IMG/VR virus record: IMGVR_UViG_3300033148_006102 | Span: 32,001-96,000 of that record | DNA: 64,000 bases | Source: a virus | Direction: 5' to 3' (one strand) | Part shown: piece by piece, positions 9,733 to 18,907 of the stretch | Position numbering within the stretch: the stretch's first letter is position 1 | Layout: every line of letters starts with the position of its first letter | Translations under genes and position numbers: made by a program | The notes under the pieces: model-generated | The model's database searches: none | Told to the model about the DNA's origin: nothing | The model's input: only the letters and a program-made list of their open reading frames with translations

Positions 9733-10284
9733 CTAGAATAATTCGGCCATGCGTTCATCAAAGAACCCATCAGGCCAATCACTCGTAAAGTCGCCTTCGT
9801 CATTGATTTCCAAAGTGACGTTTTCGCCATCTTTGGTTATGTATATGACTGTGACATCTTTGGGTGTGATGCACGGTGTGTCTTTATCTTCGTGATGTTC
9901 GCGGATGCGACGCAGAATGCGAAGCATGAGGTGCTCGCTGTGCGTCTCCACGAAGATAGTGTTACCGAGTTTGTGCGACTCAATTAATAAATCGCCAAGT
10001 TCGACCTGGACCTTTGGGTGCAGGCCGGTCTCTGGATACTCGATTCCGATGATGTCGTTTTCGTTGCCCAGTAGCGCATTTACTACGGGTTCGATCATTG
10101 TCCAACCGAAACCACCGATAATGAGATTGGACATCATCCATGTACGACCAGCATTGTATTTGGTAGGTCGTCGGTAGTTGAGGTTGCGCCGTGCGTCAAT
10201 GTATGTGCATTTGCGAGGGTCGCACAACCCTTTAAGGAGTGAGGATTTACCTACGCCGGTAAATCCAAAGATGAGAGTGATCAT
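9733..10284 (-). CDS. miniature ABC/AAA_21-type ATPase with DUF3696-like C-terminus
   Basis: Walker A GFTGVGKS, GFG signature, IEYPETGLHP, ETHSEHL, terminal WPDGFFDE. Confidence 0.75.
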   Translation of the reverse strand: MITLIFGFTGVGKSSLLKGLCDPRKCTYIDARRNLNYRRPTKYNAGRTWMMSNLIIGGFGWTMIEPVVNALLGNENDIIGIEYPETGLHPKVQVELGDLLIESHKLGNTIFVETHSEHLMLRILRRIREHHEDKDTPCITPKDVTVIYITKDGENVTLEINDEGDFTSDWPDGFFDERMAELF

Positions 10285-10829
10285 TCGTCCTCCGTACAAT
10301 TGGTGGCAATAGCTTCACCACCGATGGTCACTTCATTTGGCAGCGGATCTGTATAGATTTGTGCTTCCATCCCACAGTTGTGACAGCGCAAAATTCGATA
10401 CAGGCCGCCATGCGCCTTGTTCGTATGGGTAACGTACACAAGTCGGTGGCCGCGGTACTTCATCGTTGTTCTTGCGTCGTGCTCCATCAATTTCATGCGA
10501 TTCCAGTCGGATGTTAATTTCGCTGGAACGCGCGCACGATCGTGTAGCAGTGAAAGGTATGCTTTGTACGCTAGCTGCAGGTCATCCGGTGCGTAGTACT
10601 CGCCGTTGAACAAGCGCAAGCCACCATCGTCCGTATGACAAGAGCATACAGCCCACCAGCCACGCGCGTCTTCAGGTGCGGCGCAGTCATCTAGATGTTC
10701 CGCAGTGATTTGTGCGAGGCTGATTGTTTCATATGGAACATGAGGGTCCAGCGGATGTACTGCGGTCTCCGCGATTATGTTTCGGTCCTCTAGCTTCGTT
10801 AGAATGAAGAGGCCGTTAATATCCATCAT
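10281..10829 (-). CDS. hypothetical protein with C-terminal zinc-ribbon-like motif
   Basis: CHNC; coupled to next gene. Confidence 0.6.
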   Translation of the reverse strand: MMDINGLFILTKLEDRNIIAETAVHPLDPHVPYETISLAQITAEHLDDCAAPEDARGWWAVCSCHTDDGGLRLFNGEYYAPDDLQLAYKAYLSLLHDRARVPAKLTSDWNRMKLMEHDARTTMKYRGHRLVYVTHTNKAHGGLYRILRCHNCGMEAQIYTDPLPNEVTIGGEAIATNCTEDE

Positions 10830-11053
10830 GTAAACATCTCCTTTTGATGGGGCGGCTCAGCTGGGAATTCGAGCGCGCCATACGCGTCGTCGGTAATTCC
10901 GCAAAGCCGCCATTGTTTGTCTTGAAGGCGGAACCAATAGATGCGTTCGAGTTGAATGCCTATGGTCCCGCCCAGTTCCAGGTAGGTCGAAACCTTATGC
11001 TCAGAGCATAGGGTTTTGATCAATGTGTTCACCGATCGCGCGCTGGTACGCAA
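10826..11053 (-). CDS. hypothetical protein
   Basis: ORF track; start uncertain. Confidence 0.45.
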   Translation of the reverse strand: MRTSARSVNTLIKTLCSEHKVSTYLELGGTIGIQLERIYWFRLQDKQWRLCGITDDAYGALEFPAEPPHQKEMFT

Positions 11054-11219
11054 CGATCACGCCTCCTAAGATGAAGTTGAGTGTTATGCTGGCACTGAGC
11101 AACATCCCGGCGAACAGTGATGTTTTGTAGCCCCAAACACTTAACAACAGTACGCCGATGAATACAAAGATCAGAAAGCCAATCCAGGCTTTCTTGCCCT
11201 CAAGAGTTCTAGCAGGCAT
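11001..11219 (-). CDS. small two-TM membrane protein
   Basis: GAAAGGAGG RBS; two hydrophobic helices. Confidence 0.65.
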   Translation of the reverse strand: MPARTLEGKKAWIGFLIFVFIGVLLLSVWGYKTSLFAGMLLSASITLNFILGGVIVAYQRAIGEHIDQNPML

Positions 11220-11289
11220 GTTGCCTCCTTTCTAATGTTCTCTTCACTCTCTTATGCCATGAAAAGCTGGTATTTTGGCATAATCCCAG

Positions 11290-11318
11290 TTGGCAAAACC
11301 GCACCACCAAGTTATTCT
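11290..11318 (+). promoter_or_regulatory. sigma70-like promoter
   Basis: TTGGCA-N17-TATTCT upstream of ORF 11359, directly abutting a 23-bp palindrome. Confidence 0.55.
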
Positions 11319-11358
11319 GCTTGGCCGTTGTAAATCCTATTGGTAGTGGGAGATAACT

Positions 11359-11829
11359 ATGACTGATATGACGTTTATGTGGCAGGACGCAGAGGCTTGC
11401 CAGCACGCGTCGCGTGCGTTGGACAAGCTACGTTGGCGCTTTAACTCGGACATCGAGACTTCGCCAGATTTCGATGGCGAGGATGAGGAAGGGCTGCAGC
11501 AGGTTCGCTGGGCGTTGCAATCGCTTCGGGGTATCATGTGTTTGGAGATCCCGGATGAGAGCGACCACGCAGCTGGACCGATCTGGAAGACTTTGCTCGA
11601 GATGATGCGGGATCGCTTCGCTGAGAAGTTCAAGAATCACACGACTAACGAAGTTCTGACGTCATGGGAGAAAGCGTGGGAGAAATTCTGCGCACAGCTC
11701 TATCAATTCCCGGAAGAACCGTTTCGCCTCACATCTGATGAACAGGCTCTTGTGTATCCTATACTGTTGGAGTGGCTTGATCGTTTGATTGCCGAACAAC
11801 AAGATCTCCAAATGAAGATGTACGCATGA
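11359..11829 (+). CDS. hypothetical protein
   Basis: GGGAG before ATG. Confidence 0.7.
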   Translation: MTDMTFMWQDAEACQHASRALDKLRWRFNSDIETSPDFDGEDEEGLQQVRWALQSLRGIMCLEIPDESDHAAGPIWKTLLEMMRDRFAEKFKNHTTNEVLTSWEKAWEKFCAQLYQFPEEPFRLTSDEQALVYPILLEWLDRLIAEQQDLQMKMYA

Positions 11830-12044
11830 GAGACCCGTGTACCGACCCCGTCCCAGGTGATACGCTTTCGCGCGAATCACATAGCGGTGTGCGTACAACC
11901 TGGCGAACGGTGGTGGAGGTAGACGGGGATACCCTTACATATGTATCCAACAACTTCCAAGGCAAGGTCCGGAAGTGTAAGAAACTCACTTGGTACGACT
12001 GGGCCAAGCGAGCCAAAGTTGTTACGCGTGGTGAAGAGCTATAA
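11826..12044 (+). CDS. hypothetical protein
   Basis: ATGA overlap with previous gene. Confidence 0.6.
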   Translation: MRDPCTDPVPGDTLSRESHSGVRTTWRTVVEVDGDTLTYVSNNFQGKVRKCKKLTWYDWAKRAKVVTRGEEL

Positions 12045-12054
12045 TGCTAGCGAG

Positions 12055-14256
12055 ATGTTGCCACCGCATTTACAGAAGATTGCTGTACCGATCAGTCAAC
12101 GACTTCCGACATTAAGCGCGGCAAGTCAAAAGCGCTTGATGCAAGCCGGCGACGTCCCGTTTCAGCCCGTTACTCCAGAAACTACTCAGCAGGGAACCTT
12201 CCCAGGTTTTTTGCATGGTATGCGCGAAGGTATGCGTCAACAGGAGATGCCGCCAATCGTACAGCGTCTGCAGGATTCCATAAAGAAGCATTGGGATATG
12301 TACCAGCAGACGGGTAACGCGCATCATTTTGAAACAGCTAAGCAGTACGAAAACATGCTTCGATCACAGGCCGGTGCGATGGAACGAATCGCACGGGTGA
12401 TGGCCGGACCGCCAGGTGATCGGTACGAAGCGCACTGGATGCAGTACGATTCCATTAGGAAGCGGAAGAAGCGCGAGAAAAAGGAACGGGTAAAAGAAGG
12501 CGATTGGTTTCGCTACCTTGGTGAGCCAGTAGGTCTTCGCATGAAGACTGCGACGTATATTTATCCTGGCGACGAGGTGATTGTCACGGCTGTGAAGCAG
12601 GACAGTGGCGCACCGCTGTATGAATTGATGGCAGCCAAAAACGGCAAGATTGCAGCACCACAACGGATAGATACGTTGGAATCCGTGCCTAACAAAGAAG
12701 CCAAGTACGACGGCCGGCGCGGTCCGAAGATGAAGGCGCTCAAGAAGGGGCGTCGTTCATTGGATCCGGAAGAGCGCAAATTGGTGATGGACCGCGGCGC
12801 GGTATGGCAAAATGGCCCAGGTCACGAAATGTCGCCAGCTGTTTGGAAGTCAGTGGTTGATGGTAAAACATGGTACGTCTGCAACACACATAGAGCTATG
12901 AATGTATCACCTACGCTCAAGGGTGCGATTCGCAACTATGATTTCATCAAGACAACAGCTGGATTGAAGGAAGCTGGGTTTAGTCGCAAGATGCTGGGCA
13001 ACTTGGCGACCAGTATTCTTTTAGGTGGGCCAGCGGCATTGGGCGCACTGGGTACAGGTGCAGCAACAGCAGGTCTTGGTTCCGCCATGCCATTTGTTGG
13101 TGGTATCGCAGGTGGCACGCTCGGCCGCGCAATATTTGGTGATAAAGCCAACAAGATCATGCAGTGGGCGCATGCGCCGACGTTGAAGGATATCAAGAAA
13201 AAGCTCAAGAAGCAGGCTCCGCATTTGTCTCCAGAAGAGCAATTATCCTTGGCAAAACAGCATCATGCATATTTGGAGGCCATGCGAAAGGGCAAGACCG
13301 CCGCAGAAGAAAAGAAGGATAGTAAGCCATTAGCGCCGATGCGTGATATAGGCTTGGGTGTAGCCGGTGCTGGCGGCGGATTTTACGGATTGGATAGATT
13401 ATCTAGCGCCATTCTTCGTTCGGCGGGAGAAGGTGACCCAGAGCAGATGTCACCACATGATTTCATGCGACGCTACTACGGTCCTGACTACGAAGACGAC
13501 GTACGTGCAGCTCGTGCATATACGGAAGAAGGAAAGATGCCGAGCGGCGTCACGGAAATGGACTGGGATAGATTTGATCGTGAAGTACCAGTATATCGAT
13601 CATCGCCAGAAGCCATGCAGGCTATCGCCAGTGCGCCGGTACATGGACTTCGTGCGCGTACGCCATTAACCGGTGAAGATATCGTCCTTATGCGTAAGGG
13701 TTATGGGGAAAGTTCGCCGGAGTACAACACCACACTCGGAGAAGAATTGACGCATGCCGGGCAAAAAACGACGTTGCCTGGTCGTTTGGCCGAGTTCTTC
13801 CAGAATGCGATTACTGGCGGAGGGGATTTCAGCGATTATTATAATCGTTCGGAAGAACTGGGACCACGTTACGCGCATGCACGTCGTATGTATGAAATGC
13901 ACACTGGAAACGATGTGCGGTCACCTGAAGATGCCATGAAGGCCGTTCACTGGTATGCTAGTCAGCTTGAGAAGAATGAAGCTGGTGAGGAATTGCCGAG
14001 CACGTTTGAAATACGTGGTGATGAAGATCGTTGGATGCCGCGGCAGGATGCAAGAGGCGCATGGGAATGGGATGAAGATCATGCACATCCGTTTAACCAC
14101 CAAGATCTACCAACACCTACGGAGCGTGCTGAAGAAATGGCACAAGCGATGCCGGGGCTCATTTCGTACGAAGTCCCGCCTCACATGCAGGACATGCTGC
14201 CACCAGGAGCACTTACTGAAGATATGTTCGCGTCCGGTCCGGCGCATATGGTGTAG
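12055..14256 (+). CDS. large multi-segment (polyvalent-like) probable virion protein with zincin-like motif
   Basis: ATG 12055 chosen because the track start overlaps the previous gene; Gly/Ala hydrophobic segments; EELTHAGQ...YYNRSEE motif; several KxA motifs. Confidence 0.6.
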   Translation: MLPPHLQKIAVPISQRLPTLSAASQKRLMQAGDVPFQPVTPETTQQGTFPGFLHGMREGMRQQEMPPIVQRLQDSIKKHWDMYQQTGNAHHFETAKQYENMLRSQAGAMERIARVMAGPPGDRYEAHWMQYDSIRKRKKREKKERVKEGDWFRYLGEPVGLRMKTATYIYPGDEVIVTAVKQDSGAPLYELMAAKNGKIAAPQRIDTLESVPNKEAKYDGRRGPKMKALKKGRRSLDPEERKLVMDRGAVWQNGPGHEMSPAVWKSVVDGKTWYVCNTHRAMNVSPTLKGAIRNYDFIKTTAGLKEAGFSRKMLGNLATSILLGGPAALGALGTGAATAGLGSAMPFVGGIAGGTLGRAIFGDKANKIMQWAHAPTLKDIKKKLKKQAPHLSPEEQLSLAKQHHAYLEAMRKGKTAAEEKKDSKPLAPMRDIGLGVAGAGGGFYGLDRLSSAILRSAGEGDPEQMSPHDFMRRYYGPDYEDDVRAARAYTEEGKMPSGVTEMDWDRFDREVPVYRSSPEAMQAIASAPVHGLRARTPLTGEDIVLMRKGYGESSPEYNTTLGEELTHAGQKTTLPGRLAEFFQNAITGGGDFSDYYNRSEELGPRYAHARRMYEMHTGNDVRSPEDAMKAVHWYASQLEKNEAGEELPSTFEIRGDEDRWMPRQDARGAWEWDEDHAHPFNHQDLPTPTERAEEMAQAMPGLISYEVPPHMQDMLPPGALTEDMFASGPAHMV

Positions 14257-14258
14257 CT

Positions 14259-14462
14259 ATGCGATATCCGCCACATTTGATTTGGCTGAAGGAAGCAAAC
14301 GACCTAGTCGCGCAGAAATTCGAGCTTGGGCCGGATGCCCTAAAAGATAAGCAGACGCCAAAGCGCATTCTCAAGCGCGATACTCATTACACTGGTGATA
14401 ACTTGCGCGGCGACAGTGCTGGACCGCCTCATATCCAGTCGACGCCCAGCGCAAGTTTGTGA
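14259..14462 (+). CDS. hypothetical protein
   Basis: ORF directly after previous stop. Confidence 0.5.
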   Translation: MRYPPHLIWLKEANDLVAQKFELGPDALKDKQTPKRILKRDTHYTGDNLRGDSAGPPHIQSTPSASL

Positions 14463-14507
14463 CTATGCTGATAGAGGACAAATGACCTGTTTTGACCAGG
14501 AGTAGCA

Positions 14508-15233
14508 ATGTACGCCAACCCATACTTCATTCAGGGTTTTGTTGATCGTCTTACGCAATTTGCTGAGCATGAGAAAACAGCGCGTGGCCCAGTAGGTGAG
14601 GGCGGCAAGTTCATGCAGATGCTTGGCGATATCATGAAGTTTGGGCCAGGGGGCGCAGTAAATGCATTAACCGCACCACTCTCAATTCCAATGAATTTGT
14701 TGACATCGGCTGCTGGATCAAGGAGCGACCTGTCCAAATATCTCGGCGATGAGAGCAAAGGGCGTGGACTCATGCATCTTCTGCTCGGCCGCGGGTCTGG
14801 ACGTGCAACAGAGCGTGCAGCACAAGAGCTTCGTGATGTCACATCGCCCGAGGAACTGGGGGCGTTACAACAGGCAGTCGGTAAGTCATCAGCGCCAGGA
14901 CGCGTAGGCGGCGCAACAGATAAGATTCTACACGCGTTACAAACGCTTCAAGCAGCAGGCTCAGGCAACGTGGTCGGATTGGCCATGAATCCATTGCGTG
15001 CATTGATATCGGCTAACAAGCCGCGCGAGCGTTTGATGGAAGGTTTGGGTGGTGATAGGCCTGGATTCTTCCGCAGGTGGTTTGATCCGGCTGGCGGACG
15101 TGCCAAAGGTCTTGGTGCGATGATTGCAGAACAGTCACCGGAATTTGCAGAAATGTTGCGTAGTCGTATGGAAGCGCAGAAGCAAACAGATGCAGGCAGC
15201 GCATTGAGAGGCATGGTGCCGGCACCGGCGTAA
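14508..15233 (+). CDS. Gly-rich probable virion/head protein
   Basis: AGGAG RBS; N-terminal YFIQGFVDRL...EKTA motif. Confidence 0.65.
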   Translation: MYANPYFIQGFVDRLTQFAEHEKTARGPVGEGGKFMQMLGDIMKFGPGGAVNALTAPLSIPMNLLTSAAGSRSDLSKYLGDESKGRGLMHLLLGRGSGRATERAAQELRDVTSPEELGALQQAVGKSSAPGRVGGATDKILHALQTLQAAGSGNVVGLAMNPLRALISANKPRERLMEGLGGDRPGFFRRWFDPAGGRAKGLGAMIAEQSPEFAEMLRSRMEAQKQTDAGSALRGMVPAPA

Positions 15234-15245
15234 TCGAGGAGTAGC

Positions 15246-15785
15246 ATGTACTATAACATCTATTTTGCGAAGGGCTTCATGGACAAGCTTGCGGCGCTTG
15301 CGCCGGACGAGAAGATTGCGTCTGCGGCAATGGCCCAGCTCGAGGAATTCGAAAAGCTCGCAAAGATGACGCCGTTTGGTCGTACAGCATTGACCGCGGG
15401 CCTTGGTGCGTTGGGCGGCATTGGTGGTCTGGGCGGCATCTGGGGCTCAATGGGACCATCTGCTGAAGAATCACAGATCCAACGGCTGCAGAACCAACTT
15501 GGCAATGTGCAGCAGAAGTACCAAGGACTTGAGCAAACTTCTGGTGCGCAGCAGCAGGCTCTTGCGCCATTACTGCAGAACATGTCACACGAAGATTACA
15601 TGAAGTTCATGGCGTCACAGGGTCATAAAGATCCATTTGCCGCGGAGGCAGGCGATGTTCCGGATTGGTTGGAACCTGAACTGACTCGACGTAAACAACA
15701 ATTCATGCAGGCAGGCTTGCATCAGGCGCTGCAACCAACGCCGGCGCCGGTGCCGACAGCGGCACCACCAGTAGCCGGAAAGTAG
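15246..15785 (+). CDS. probable virion/head protein with coiled coil
   Basis: GAGGAG RBS; N-terminal YFAKGFMDKL...EKIA motif. Confidence 0.65.
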   Translation: MYYNIYFAKGFMDKLAALAPDEKIASAAMAQLEEFEKLAKMTPFGRTALTAGLGALGGIGGLGGIWGSMGPSAEESQIQRLQNQLGNVQQKYQGLEQTSGAQQQALAPLLQNMSHEDYMKFMASQGHKDPFAAEAGDVPDWLEPELTRRKQQFMQAGLHQALQPTPAPVPTAAPPVAGK

Positions 15786-15871
15786 GCTTCTGGGACTATG
15801 CCAAAATCCCAGTTATCGGGGGTTTCTACCAGTTGAGGTCTTCGATAGCCCCTGGACAAAGGGGGAGTGTA

Positions 15872-16156
15872 ATGTTTGGAGCAATCTATAACTGGTTATT
15901 CGGCGCAAATGTCGGCGCAAAATTCGTTTACAACCGAGAGCGGAACTTTGGCGCGGCCAATGGCTATTACATGATTGGGCCGGTCAATCGTTTGGAAATC
16001 ACAGTGGACGGCAAAAAGGTCACCGTTAAAAAGGTAGGCAAGGAGGTTTTGCTGTTCACGGGAGCTGAGCTCAAGAAAGCACGCGATCGGGCGCGCAAGA
16101 ATCTTGAAGACATCCCAGTGGGGTGGAAGAATTACGTATCTAAAGGAAATTCATAA
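15872..16156 (+). CDS. hypothetical protein
   Basis: GGGGAG before ATG; palindrome copy upstream. Confidence 0.6.
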   Translation: MFGAIYNWLFGANVGAKFVYNRERNFGAANGYYMIGPVNRLEITVDGKKVTVKKVGKEVLLFTGAELKKARDRARKNLEDIPVGWKNYVSKGNS

Positions 16157-16434
16157 TGCCGTCTAATCTTGTAGGACCGGGAAAGCGGTACAGTGAAAAG
16201 GCATGGGGTCAAGCCAAGGATCTCGCCGAGAAGTCATATGACGAACCAGGTCCCGGTGCGTCAGATGCGGAGAAGGCGAAATTCTACGGTACGGTTAACA
16301 AGATCACCAAGAACATTCAGCACGCGCATGGCCGCAAGGGACGCTCCGCCAAGAAGCACAAGAAAGACATCAATAAAGAGGCTTTCTGGCGTGGTTTCAT
16401 GGATCGGCTTGCGCGGTTAGATGACGAAGGATAG
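16156..16434 (+). CDS. small basic probable virion protein
   Basis: C-terminal KEAFWRGFMDRL motif. Confidence 0.6.
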   Translation: MPSNLVGPGKRYSEKAWGQAKDLAEKSYDEPGPGASDAEKAKFYGTVNKITKNIQHAHGRKGRSAKKHKKDINKEAFWRGFMDRLARLDDEG

Positions 16435-16439
16435 GGCTT

Positions 16440-17522
16440 ATGGCTCGCGAGCGCATCTATGGTCTTGAAGGCTTCCGGGACCGGGCAGTCACTGGCATCA
16501 AGTTGTTCAATATGATCGTTGAGCAGCTCGAGCCGGATGTACGTATTCAGCTATTTGAGGCGTTGATTGAGGAACATCTGGCTGTAGGGCAATCTACGGA
16601 CGCCGTAGTTCAGATCCAACAAGATCCTCGTCAAGTTGAGAATGCGCTTGAATTCACAGAGGCATTTCTGGTCGCGCGCCAGGCATCATTACCGAGTGGC
16701 TTGGCAGTCAAGCAGCCCGCGCGGGTCGGCACCACCGCGGATATTGGTGCTACGTACGCGCCAACAGGTGGTTTGACACAGCGCGGATATTTCACCAGTG
16801 CGCCAACAACGGTGGACGGGATTCTGCTGGAAGATAACGACCGTATTTTGGTCAAGGACCAGATAAATGCGGACGAGAACGGAATTTACTACGCAGTTGA
16901 CGCAGCCGCCGGTGAATGGGACCGCGCAACGGACTTTGATCAAGATGAAGATGCGCGACCTAACTCATACCTGTGGTGCGAAGAAGGTGCCACGTGGGAA
17001 GACACCAGCTGGGTGCTGACGACGGATCGGCCGATTGTGGTCGGCGGTCTCAGCGGTACAGATCAAACATGGATACAGTTTGGTGGTGCAGGTGCGCTTG
17101 TTGCCGGCGATGGCATCAGTATCTTTGGCACAGTCATCTCTGTGCAACTAGACGGAGATTCAGCACAGGTATCGCCGGCAGGACTGAAGACGGCCGTACC
17201 CGTGTTGACGGATAAAGCACGGGCGTGTTTAACGACCACAACGGACGGCCAGCCAGCCTTTTCAGGAGGCATAACATCGACACCAGCTGGAAACAGTTAT
17301 CCCGCGGTGTTTGTAAACGGAATACAGTACAGGGTGGCATTAGACGACAGCGAACGTACTACCGCGCCTTGTTACTTCAGCGGAGATGGTGGCGCAACTG
17401 CGCGAGCCATTGCAGATATTGTTGCAGGAGATCGCCTGTACTGGAACGGTAGCCAAGTTATGCCGCCATTTCAGTTGGCGCCTACGGATACCATTATCCT
17501 AGCGTACGTAGATCACGTCTAG
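16440..17522 (+). CDS. virion fibre/decoration-like protein
   Basis: DGILLEDNDRILVKDQ...ENGIY...WDRATD domain typical of phage fibre proteins; C-terminal domain shared with 17538-18887. Confidence 0.7.
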   Translation: MARERIYGLEGFRDRAVTGIKLFNMIVEQLEPDVRIQLFEALIEEHLAVGQSTDAVVQIQQDPRQVENALEFTEAFLVARQASLPSGLAVKQPARVGTTADIGATYAPTGGLTQRGYFTSAPTTVDGILLEDNDRILVKDQINADENGIYYAVDAAAGEWDRATDFDQDEDARPNSYLWCEEGATWEDTSWVLTTDRPIVVGGLSGTDQTWIQFGGAGALVAGDGISIFGTVISVQLDGDSAQVSPAGLKTAVPVLTDKARACLTTTTDGQPAFSGGITSTPAGNSYPAVFVNGIQYRVALDDSERTTAPCYFSGDGGATARAIADIVAGDRLYWNGSQVMPPFQLAPTDTIILAYVDHV

Positions 17523-17537
17523 GTAAGGAGTTATGAC

Positions 17538-18887
17538 ATGGGTGACGGCAAACAACTGTTTATTGATAGTGTTGAGAATGACAAACTGGCACCGAATGCG
17601 GTAGCTGGCAGTGCGTCAGGCGCGTCAGGAGACAATGTCATTGAGGCGGCATCGATAGATACTGCCGATTTGGCTTTAGATGCTGTGGATAACACGATCC
17701 TCGACCTCGCCGGAACCTATGATTTTGGTGGCGGTGGTGGTGATGTTCAAGTTGCTGATACGCCAGCTGGCCCAAGTAGTGCTACGAACAAGAACTACGT
17801 TGACGGCGTCGCGCAAGGCCTCAAGATCAAAGAATCCGTTGTGGCAGCGACAACTGGTCCGCTCACCTTAGCCACGGACTTTGAAAACGGCGATACGCTC
17901 GACACATCTGTAACGTTAACGACAGGCGATCGCATCCTGATTAAGGATCAGGCGTCCGGCGTTGAGAACGGTATCTATGTCGTACAGGCTTCTGGTGCAC
18001 CGGTGCGTGCGGCAGATCTACCCGCAGCAGATAACGCACGAAGCATCTTCGTCTTTATTGAAGAGGGCACGGTCAACGCTGATACTGGTTGGGTATGTAC
18101 CAACGATGCAGGCAGCGATGTCGTCGGCACAGACGCACTAGCTTTCACGCAGTTTACTGGTGCAGGTACATACACAGGTGGTAACGGTATCGACGTCTCC
18201 GGCACAACGATCAGTGCGGATCTCGCAGCGCCAGGCGCCGGAACAGGTGGTTTGGAATTTGTCGGCATTGAGATGGCAGTAGATGCTGGTAACGGTATCG
18301 AATTGACTGCTGGGGGTGTCGCAGTTGAGCCATATAGCGGCGCAGACACGAGCGTTGCTCCGTTGACAGTGGATGGCGACGGCGCCGGTGTCGATACAGA
18401 CGATGTTACGATTGAGCATGCGGCAGGCGTCCTTAATGTGAAGGCAGATGGTATTGGCGCCACGGAATTGGATGAAACCGATACATATGACTTCACAGGT
18501 GGCAGTGTTGACGTAGCTACACAAGCAGCCGGAAACAATTCTACGAAGGCTGCGTCGACGGCATACGTCCAAGGCGAGGTTGCCCAAGCAACAGCTGGTG
18601 ACAAAGAGCTCACACCAGCGGTCACAGCAGGCAATTACTCCACAACTGGCATCACCATTTCAGCTACGCCTAAAGGCTATGTTGGCGTGGCAATAAATGG
18701 TGAGTGGTATACCGTTGGTAATGGCGTTCGCACGAAAGACTGCTATTTCAGTAACGATGGTGGAGCAACGGCAAGAGCTATTTCCGCGATTGTGTCTGGC
18801 GATACGTTGTATTGGAATGGCCCACAGGTGACGCCGCCGTTTGAACTCGCAGCGACTGACCGCGTCGACTTGCACTACGAAGTCTAG
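17538..18887 (+). CDS. virion fibre/decoration-like protein, paralogous to 16440-17522
   Basis: ATNKNYVD, GDRILIKDQ...ENGIYVV...FVFIEEGTVNADTGW. Confidence 0.75.
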   Translation: MGDGKQLFIDSVENDKLAPNAVAGSASGASGDNVIEAASIDTADLALDAVDNTILDLAGTYDFGGGGGDVQVADTPAGPSSATNKNYVDGVAQGLKIKESVVAATTGPLTLATDFENGDTLDTSVTLTTGDRILIKDQASGVENGIYVVQASGAPVRAADLPAADNARSIFVFIEEGTVNADTGWVCTNDAGSDVVGTDALAFTQFTGAGTYTGGNGIDVSGTTISADLAAPGAGTGGLEFVGIEMAVDAGNGIELTAGGVAVEPYSGADTSVAPLTVDGDGAGVDTDDVTIEHAAGVLNVKADGIGATELDETDTYDFTGGSVDVATQAAGNNSTKAASTAYVQGEVAQATAGDKELTPAVTAGNYSTTGITISATPKGYVGVAINGEWYTVGNGVRTKDCYFSNDGGATARAISAIVSGDTLYWNGPQVTPPFELAATDRVDLHYEV

Positions 18888-18907
18888 ATAATTGAGAGTT
18901 AGGCCTT

